From assembly GCF_902713615.1 (NCBI RefSeq), contig NC_052153.1:192309394-192373393 (forward strand): a stretch of DNA of 64,000 nucleotides, in the 5' to 3' direction. A model generated the notes under the pieces. The model saw only the letters and a program-made list of their open reading frames with translations. It had not been told where the DNA came from and did no database searches. The position numbers and the translations under genes were made by a program. The DNA is from Scyliorhinus canicula. Its lineage: Eukaryota. Shown one piece after another: positions 39,901 to 49,100 of this stretch (within the stretch, counting starts at the first letter, position 1; each line of letters starts with the position of its first letter).

Positions 39901-42900
39901 AAGGAGTCGCCCTGTAGGCTAACAGCGCCAGGTTGAAATCCGAACCCGAGTCAGTAGCTTTGCACAACAGTCTTTTAACAATGTGGACCCCTTTTCAGCC
40001 TTCCCATTCGACTGGGGGTAACGGGGCCTTGAAGTGACGTGCGTAAAATTGTACTGCCGGGCAAAATCCGTCCACTCCAGACTGAAGAAGCACGGGCAAT
40101 TATCAGTCATGACTGTAAGTGAAATGCCATGATGGGCAAAGTTCTCTTTGCACGCCTTGGTGACTGTTGCTGATGTGAGGCCAGTCAGTCTGACCACCTC
40201 GGGGTAGTTAGAAAAATAGTCCACGAGTAGGACATAGTCTTGGCCCTTTGCATGAAAGAGATCAATGCCAACCTTGGTCCATGGGGACGATACCAGTTCA
40301 TGCGGCTGCAAAGCCTCTTTCGGCTGAGCCGGCTGGAACCGTTGGCACGTTGGGCAATTGAGGACCGTGTTGGCGATATCCTGGCTGATGCCTGGCCAAT
40401 ATACTGCCTCTCGGGCTCGACGGCGACACTTTTCGACCCCCAGGTGACCTTTGTGGATTTGGCCGAGGACCAGCTCTCGCGTGCTCTGTGGGATTACTAT
40501 CCTGTCCAGCTTCATTAGTATGCTGTCCACTACCGCCAGATCGTCTTTTATATTATAGAACTGTGGGCACTGCCCCTTTTGCCAACCATCCGTGAGATGG
40601 CGCATGACCCACTGGAGTAAAGGATCCCTGGCCGTCTCCTGACGAATCTGCACGAACCTTTCATCAGTGGCCGGAAAGTTGGATGCACAAAACTTCACCT
40701 GAGCGTCGATCTGAGAGATGAAGTCCGACTGCTCACACGGCGCGGTGATGGGTCTAGAGAGGGCGTCGGCCACAATGAGCTCCTTGCCCGGGGTGTAGAC
40801 CAGGTCGATATCGTAGCAGCGGAGTTTGAGGAGGATACGTTGTAGGCGTGGCATCATATAGAACATAGAACATAGAACACTACAGCGCAGTACGGGCCCT
40901 TCGGCCCTCGATGTTGCGCCGACCTGTGAAACCATCTGAAGCCTATCTGACCTACACTATTCCATTTTCATTCATATGTCTATCCAGTGACCACTTAAAT
41001 GCCCTTAAAGTTGGCGAGTCTACTACTATTGCAGGCAGGTCGTTCCACACCCCTACTACTCTCTAAGTAAAGAAACTGCCTCTGATATCTGTCCTATATC
41101 TATCACCCCTCAATTTAAAGCTATGTCCCCTCGTGTTGGTCATCACCATCCGAGGAAAAAGACTCTCACTGTCCACCCTATCTAACCCTCTGACTATCTT
41201 ATATGTCTCTATTAAGTCACCTCTCAGCCTTCTCCTCTCTAACGAAAACAACCTCAATTCCCTGAGCCTTTCCTCGTAAGACCTTCCCTCCATACCAGGC
41301 AACATCCTAGTAAATCTCCTCTGAACCCTTTCCAAAGCTTCCACATCCTTCCTATAATGTGGTGACCAGAACTGCACGCAGTACTCCAGGTGTGGCCGCA
41401 CCAGAGTTATGTACAGCTGCAGCATGACCTTGTGGTTCCGAAACTCAATCCCCCTGCTTATAAAGGCTAGCACACCATATGCCTTCTTAACAGCCCTATT
41501 AACCTGGGTGGCAACTTTCAGGGATTTATGTACCTGGATGCCGAGATCTCTCTGTTCATCTACACTACCAAGAATCTTGCCATTAGCCCAGTACTCTGCA
41601 TTCCTGTTACTCCTTCCAAAGTGAACCACCTCACACTTTTCCGCATTAAACTCCATCTGCCACCTCTCAGCCCAGCTCTGCAGCTTATCTATGTCCCTCT
41701 GTATCCTATAACATCCTTCAGCACTATCCACAACTCCACCGACCTTCGTGTCATCTGCAAATTTACTAACCCATCCTTCTACACCCTCTTCCAGGTCATT
41801 CCCGTAACAGCCTCCCCGAACAGGCGCCGGAATGTGGCGACTAGGGGCTTTTCACAGTAACTTCATTTGAAGCCTACTTGTGACAATAAGCGATTTTCAT
41901 TTCATTTTTCATTTTCATTTCATTTATAAAAATGACAAACAGCAGTGGCCCCAAAACAGATCCTTGCGGTACACCACTAGTAACTGAACTCCAGGATGAA
42001 CATTTGCCATCAACCACCACCCTCTGTCTTCTTTCAGCTCGCCAATTACTGATCCAAACCGCTAAATCACCTTCAATTCCATACTTCCTTATTTTATGCA
42101 ATAGCCTACCATTGAGGTCTTTCTAGATGATGTGAACCAATGGCCTGTGGTCCGTCTCGACCGTGAATTTAGGGAGTCCATGCACGTAATCATGGAATTT
42201 GTCAATCCCTGTGAGAAAGCCCAGGCATTCTTTTTCCATCTGAGCGTATTGTTGCTCAGTGGGTGTCATGGCTCTTGATGCATATGCGACTGGGGCCCAG
42301 GAGGAGGATCTGTCCCGCTGGAGACCCCAATGCCAGCCTGGCTCACGTCGGTGGAGATCTTTGTGTCCTTGGCAGGGTCGAAAAATGCCAGTACCGGGGC
42401 CTTGGTGAGTTTCGCCCTGAGCTCACGCCACTCTCGCTCATGAGCGGGGAGCCACTGGACGTCGGTAGTCTTTTTAAAAGATGGCGGAGAGCTGTGGTGT
42501 GTGATGCAAGGTTGGGGATAAACTTCCCAAGGACGTTGACCATCCCTAGGAAGCGGAGGACGGCCATCTTGTCCTCCGGGGTCTTCATGGCGTTGATCGC
42601 CGACACCATGTCTGCATCTGGCTGCACACCGAACTGCGAAATATGGTCGCTGAGGAACTTTAGTTCTGATTGACCGAACGAGCATTTGGCTCTGTTGAGT
42701 CGGAGGCCATGCTCGTGGATCTTATGGAACACTTGTTTGAGGCGATCGACGTGCACCTGAGGAGTTGTGGACCAAATAATGATATCATCAACGAACACCC
42801 GCATCCCCTCGATGCCCTCCATCACTTGCTCCATTATGTGGTGGAACACCTCCGAGGCGGAGATGATGCCAAAGGGCATTCGGTTGTAACAGTAACGACC

Positions 42901-45900
42901 AAATGTGGTGTTAAATTTGCACAACTTTCGATTGGATGCGTCCAGCTGTATTTGCCAAAACCCCTTGAAGGCATCCAGCTTCGTGAAAAACTTGGCATGA
43001 GCCATCTCGCTGGTTCGCTCTTCTCGTTTAGGGGTAGGGTAGTGTTCCCTCATGATGTTACGGTTCAAATCTTTGGGGTCGATACAAATGAGAAGTTCCC
43101 CTGACGGTTTCTTGACACAAACCATGGAGCTAACCCAGTCCGTGGGTTCCGTGACCTAAGAAATGACGATCTGGTCCTGGAGGTCTTGCAGCTGCTGCTT
43201 GAGGCGGTCCTTAAGGGGCGCCGGCACCCGACGTGGTGCATGGACCACAGGGGTGGCTTTCAGCTTCAACAGGATCTTGTATCGGTAAGGGAGTGTGCCC
43301 ATACCTTCGAAGACGCTGTGGTATTGTGCTATGATGTCATCGAGTTGGGTTTGGAAATTGACATCTGGCGAGGCCGTTGCCTCAGCGGGCGACACGGAGT
43401 GAACCCGCTGCACAAGATTCAGGAGTTTGAGGGCCTGAGCACCGAGCAGGGAAGCTCTGTTGGGCCTGAGCACCGAGCAGGGAAGCTCTGTTGGGCCTGA
43501 GCACCGAGCAGGGAAGCTCTGTTGGGCCTGAGCACCGAGCAGGGAAGCTCTGTTGGACCCGACAATTTCAAAACGCAGGGTTGCTTTTGAAGTACGATGG
43601 GACACGGCAAGCTGGCATGAGCCACTGGCAGCAATGGCATTGCCATTGTAGTTGAGGAGCTGGCAGGCCGGTGGAAGAATGCTTGCCTTGACACGGATGG
43701 TGTCAGACTTTGAAATGAGGTTTGCTGAAGCGCCGGTGTCCAGCCTGAAGCGTATGCGAGCCTTGTTGACCATAAGGGTGGCACACCACTCATCGTCCGG
43801 ATCAATGCTCATCACTGGGAGTTGTTTCGCCTTCTTGGCGGAAAGCATCGTATGCTTGGTGATGATGCCCACCCGGAATGGGGATGTGAGATCCTCGGTG
43901 TCGGGATCTGGAGCCATGTCGGAGTCGGAGTCTGCAACGGGTATCTGTACTGACCGGACGCTCCTGCGCTGCGGCTGGGATCGCTGTGTGTTGGGCAGTT
44001 GAGCAGATCTCCACAGGGCTGCGTAGTGGCCAAGCTTGCTACACTGGAGACAGCGTCGAGATTTCGCGGGACATTGGCGCTTAAGTGGGCGGAGCCACAG
44101 TTGTTGCATGTCATGGCGCCGAGGTCAGGACGCTCCATGCGCCAACGTGCATGCGCAGTGCGGTCAAACGATGTGCACACCTGCGCAGTTTGGTCGTCGG
44201 CCTCGCCGTCCCCTTGATCATTGCGCACATGCGCAGGAGCCCGGGAAAAGAGCGCAAAATGGCCGCCATCATCCAGACTCAGGCCCTCTTCGCATCGTGG
44301 GGGCCTTGCCGCGCCGTCTCTGCCGCCTTGATATGGGAGTATCGGTTAGTAGCGTGCTCGTGGAGGATGCAGGTCTCGATGGCAATGGTAAGGGTGAGCT
44401 GCTTAACTTTAAGGAGCTGCTGGCGAAGGGGATCGGAGTGGACCCCAAAAACAATCTGGTCCTGGATCATGGAATCGGAAGTGGAGCGTAGTTGCAGGAC
44501 TGCGCGAGGATACGGAGATGGGTTAAGAAGGACTGAAAAGGTTCATCCTTACCCTGAAGCCTCTGCTGGAACACATAGCGTTCAAAGCTCTCATTGACTT
44601 TGATGTCACAGTGGCTGTCAAACTTCAGCAGGACTGTTTTAAACTTTGTCTTGTCCTCGCCTTCAGCAAAGGTGAGGGAATTAAAGGTGTGGATAGCGTG
44701 GTCCCCGGCTGTAGAGAGGAAGAGAGCGATCTTCCTGGCATCCGATGCGGCTTCGAGGTCAGTGGCTTCCAGATATAGCTGGAACTTCTGCTTGAAAATC
44801 TTCCAGTTAGCACTGAGGTTGCCGGCGATGCGGAGCTGCGGGAGGGCGGACGCTGTCCATGTTACCGGATGGCTGATCGCTGGTCAAAGGCAGATTATCT
44901 CAAGGTAGGTCCGTCAAACTCGAGCATGACTCACTGGTACCATGATGTGTTGGGTAAGCTGGGTCTGCGAGGACTGTGTTTACTGCAGCAGTGAGAGAGA
45001 CAGGCTTCCAACACTTGAAGAAATGCAACTCGGTTTTATTGAACTCTTAACTATCATACATACTTTAACTGTGGGTTGACACTATGCTGACTTGACTGGA
45101 GACCTGAGGCTAACCTGACCAGACTATCTGACTACTACATGGTGTATGTTCTAGTTGTTGCTCACGAGCTCTGACTGTCCCAGAGGCTGCATCCCAAGAG
45201 AGCGGGAAAACTAGTGCCCTCTGGCTTTATAGTGGCTGTGTCCTGTCTGGTGATTGGCTGCTGTGTTCTGTGTGTTCACTGGTCATCCTGTGTGTCAATC
45301 GCTGCCTGTCTGTGCACCATCATATACCTGTGTGTATATTATGACAGACTGCATCGCTGTTTTTCGGTCAGAGGACAGAGAGTGGGCCGAATGGCCCCCT
45401 CTGTGCTGTTAATCGTTCTGTGTTTCTACGTACAGCTCCCCCTGCAGTGTCTCATCAATACTACAAGGGCAGGTGCAGCAGGTGCTGAACCAAGAAGATA
45501 GCTCCCTATGTATTAGGCTGCACGACTCATTAACACACGCTGTTTCTCTGGTGGTTTAATGTTTCTGGGATTTAAACAGTCCCTGCTGTTGCAGAGAAAC
45601 ATGTGCTATATAAAGGAATGGACGTGTCAGGGTTTTAGACCAAATTGAGATTTATGATTATGTGGTGATGAAGTTGGTTAACGCCAGTAAGCAGAGAGTG
45701 GTGGTGAGTGGTTGTATTTCCGCTGGAGGGAAATGCGCATCACTGTTGAAGCTGCTGGTTTTATTCTACGTCAGTGACCTGGACTCGAGCGCCCAGGGAA
45801 TCATTTCAAAGTTTGCAGAAGACACAAAACTCCAAAATCTAGAAAACAGCGAGGCCTAGGGGGGCATGGACTGGCGAAATGGGCAGCAGGGTAGGGCGGC

Positions 45901-46136
45901 ACGGTAGCACAGTTGCTTCACAGCGCCAGGGTCCCAGGTTCAATTCCCGGCTTGGGTCACTGTCTGTGCGGAGTCTGCACGTTCTCCCCGTGCCTGCCTG
46001 GGTTTCCTCCGGATGCTGCGGTTTCCTCCCACAGGTCCCGAAAGACGTGCTTGTTAGGTGGATTAGACATTCTGAATTCCCTCTCTGTGTACCCGAACAG
46101 GCTTTGTTGAGAACCTTGGACACAATGCCAGCAGAG

Positions 46137-46171
<35 letters not shown>

Positions 46172-49100
46172 AGCGTTAACTATCTGCATACTTCAGAGGC
46201 TGGAAGGGGTTATTGATGGCCTCAGAGAATCATTTATGCTCACCAAGCTTTTTGCTAGTCGGGGTGGGGGGTGGGGGGGGGGGGGGGGGGGGGGGGATGG
46301 CGTCACAAAACACCCAGCAAGGTTACATTTGATCTCTTGCAGTTCACAATCAGTAAGCTGCAGTTGTCAAAAACAGAACTACTGAAATGTGTGTGGAGGC
46401 AGCGCCGGCCCTAGGGTTGCTGGCGCCCCGGGCCAGCTGAACTTCGGCGCCCTTGGGGGGGGGGGGGGGGGGCCGAGAGGGGGGGAGGCCGAGAGGGGGG
46501 GGGGGCCGAGAGGGGGGGGGGGGGCACGATTGAGGGGGGGGGACCAGGAAGAGAAGGCGTGAGGGCGAGGAGAGGGGGGGGGGGGGCCCAGGAGAGGGGG
46601 GGGGGGGGTGCCGAGAGGTGGGGACCGCGGAGGGGGGGGGACCGAGGAGGGGGAGGGGGGGCGGCGCGTCGAGGGGCGGGGGAGGCCGAGAGGTGGGGGG
46701 GACCGAGAGGCGGGGTGCGAGGGGAGGGGGGGGGGCGGTGGGCGGGCGAGCGGAGGGGGAGGGGGGCTGCGAGGGGGGGAGGTTGGCCCAAGAGGGGGGG
46801 GGGGTGGGGGGAGGGATGGGGGCGGGGCCTGAGGGGGAGGGCGGGCGGACGGAAGGGGGACGGAGGAGGGGCGGGGTGACGAAGGGGACGGATGGGGCGG
46901 AAAGGGCCCGACTGGGCCGCAGGGAGGGCCACCGCGAAGCGCTGGTTGGCACCGGCCCAACTGCGCATGCGCGGGAGACTACCGAGTCTCTGGCGCCCCC
47001 TAGCACATGGCCGCCAAGGGAGCATTGACCGAGTGCGGTTACCTTGGGCGGCCCTGTGTGGAGGGGAAAGGTCCAGATATGTATCACTTTGGGAGGACAG
47101 GGGAAACACCCAAACCCCCAGTCCAGTGTCTTGTCCATGACGGGCAAGCTTGTGTAGAATCGAGCCTGATGGATGCTTCTTAGCCATTTGTGAGGTTGCT
47201 GCCGGAGGAGGTGGTGGAAGCAGGGACCATAGTGACGTTTTCAGGGGCAGTTTGCAGTTGTACAAAACTCTGGTGCGGCCGCATTTGGAGTATTGCGTGC
47301 AGTTCTGGTCGCCACATTATAGGAAGGATGTGGAAGCATTGGAAAGGGTACAGAGGAGATTTACAAGGATGTTGCCTGGTATGGAGGGAAGATCATATGA
47401 GGAAAGGCTGAAGGACATGAGGCTGTTTTCGTTAGAGAGAAGACGGTTAAGACGGTGACTTAATGAGGCATACAAGGTGATCAGAGGATTAGATAGGGTG
47501 GACAGTGAGAGCCTTTTTCTCGGATGGTGATGTCTAGCACGAGGGGGACATAGCTTTAAATTAAGGGGAGATAGATATAGGACAGATGTCAGAGGTAGGT
47601 TCTTTACTCAGAGAGTAGTAAGGGCGTTGGAATGCCCTGCCTGCAACAGTAGTGGACTCGCCAACCCTAACGCATTCAAATGGTCATTGGATAGGCATAT
47701 GGACGATAAGGGAATAGTGTAGAGGGACTTTAGAGGGGTTTCACAGGACGGCGCAACATCGAGGGCCCGAAGGGCCTGTACTGCGCTGTAATGTTCTATG
47801 TTCTATGTTCTTTGTTCTATCTTAACAAATACATGAATAGGATGGGAATAGAGGGATATGGACCAGGAAGTGTAGAAGATTTCTGTTTAGATGGGCAGCA
47901 TGGTCGGCACAGGCTTGGAGGGCCGAAGGGCCTGTTCCTGTGCTGTACTTTTCTTTGTTCCTTGTTCATAAAGTGTCCAATTACATTTTTCACGGACATT
48001 TGATGAGCAGACAAATGTCTCGAACTGATGTCTCGCGAGTCATGAAAGTCCAGTTAACTCTGAGGGAGACCCCTATTCGACTCTCGATGTTTAACTTTGT
48101 TTCTGCCCCCACAGATCCTGCCAGATGCCTGTGTTCCTCCAGCATTTTTCTTTGTTTAAAATCAAACCCTTCCTTTTCCAGGAAGGTGTATTCATTTCTG
48201 CGGCCGATTGACCCATTGCCAGCTGCCGAGAGGGAACCATGGGTATTTGAGGAACAACTACACCTCAGGCCACCTCCTTCGTGCCAATATTTACTGAATT
48301 GGCAGCACCAGTGCACCTGGGCTGTGAATTCCAGTTCGTTCACACCTCCATCCCCCCTCCCCCCCCCCACCACCTCCTACATAACCTCCATGTCCTAGTC
48401 CCCCGCCCAGATATTCCCTTATTTATCTCCTTAACCCTATTCCCCCTCCTTGCCCCTACCCCCCCTTTACACCAATCTCTCCTCCTTCACTCCATCCCCC
48501 ATCCCCCCTCCTTCACCCCATCCTCCTCCCCTCATCCTTCATCCCATTCTTCCTCCATTCACCCCATCCCCCTCCTTCACCCCATCCCCCCCCCCTCCTT
48601 CATCCCACCCTCCTCCCTCACACCCCCATTCCCTCATCCTTCACACCCACCCCCACCTCCCCTTCACCCCCATCCCCCCTCCTTTCACCAATCCCCCCTA
48701 CTTACCCAATGCCCCCTTCCCTCCACCACCCCATCCCCATTTTTTTTTTTTTTTCATCTTCCATCCCCATCACCCCTACTTGAGGCCCCCTTCCCCCTCC
48801 TTTACCCCTCCCCCACCCTTCCTTTACCCCATCACCCCTTCCTTACACCACATCCCCCCTCCTTCACCCCGATCTCCCCTCCTTTACTCCCATCCCCCCT
48901 CCTTCCCCTCCATATCCCTCTCCTGCATCCCTCCCTCCCCCCCCCCCCCCCTTTACCTCCACGTCCCCATCACCCCCGACTATCACCCCCTCCTTCACCA
49001 CCAGCCCGGAGCACCCGGAGGAAACCCACGCAGACACGGGGAGAAGGTGCAAACTCCCCACAGGCAGTCACCCGCGGCCGGAAATGAACCCGGGTGCCTG

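Larger units (their letters stand above)
38820..45346 (-). mobile_element. Full-length Gypsy (Ty3/Metaviridae, probably Mag-like) LTR retrotransposon, degenerate
   Basis: Two 404-bp LTRs; near-TSD aactg/gactg; gag from 44860 ([20 protein letters not shown]) with CCHC knuckles; protease [12 protein letters not shown]; RT TKLDAF..RMPFGI..VFVDDII; RNase H; integrase H..H..C..C plus GIDLF..SNGKAE. Several frameshifts. Confidence 0.95.

Noticed and set aside
45580-45640. VLYKGM tyrosine-motif-like string
   Set aside because: No good donor, an in-frame stop follows, and it does not resemble the DSCxYA cassette.
46350-47265. Long Pro-, Gly- or Arg-rich ORFs (also 48281-49409, 49743-50308, 62735-63209)
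   Set aside because: Artefacts of poly-G/C repeats, open in several frames on both strands.
48182-48242. Candidate exon [21 protein letters not shown], faintly like tail exon 2
   Set aside because: Phase 2-0 does not fit between phase-1 neighbours, and the similarity is too weak.
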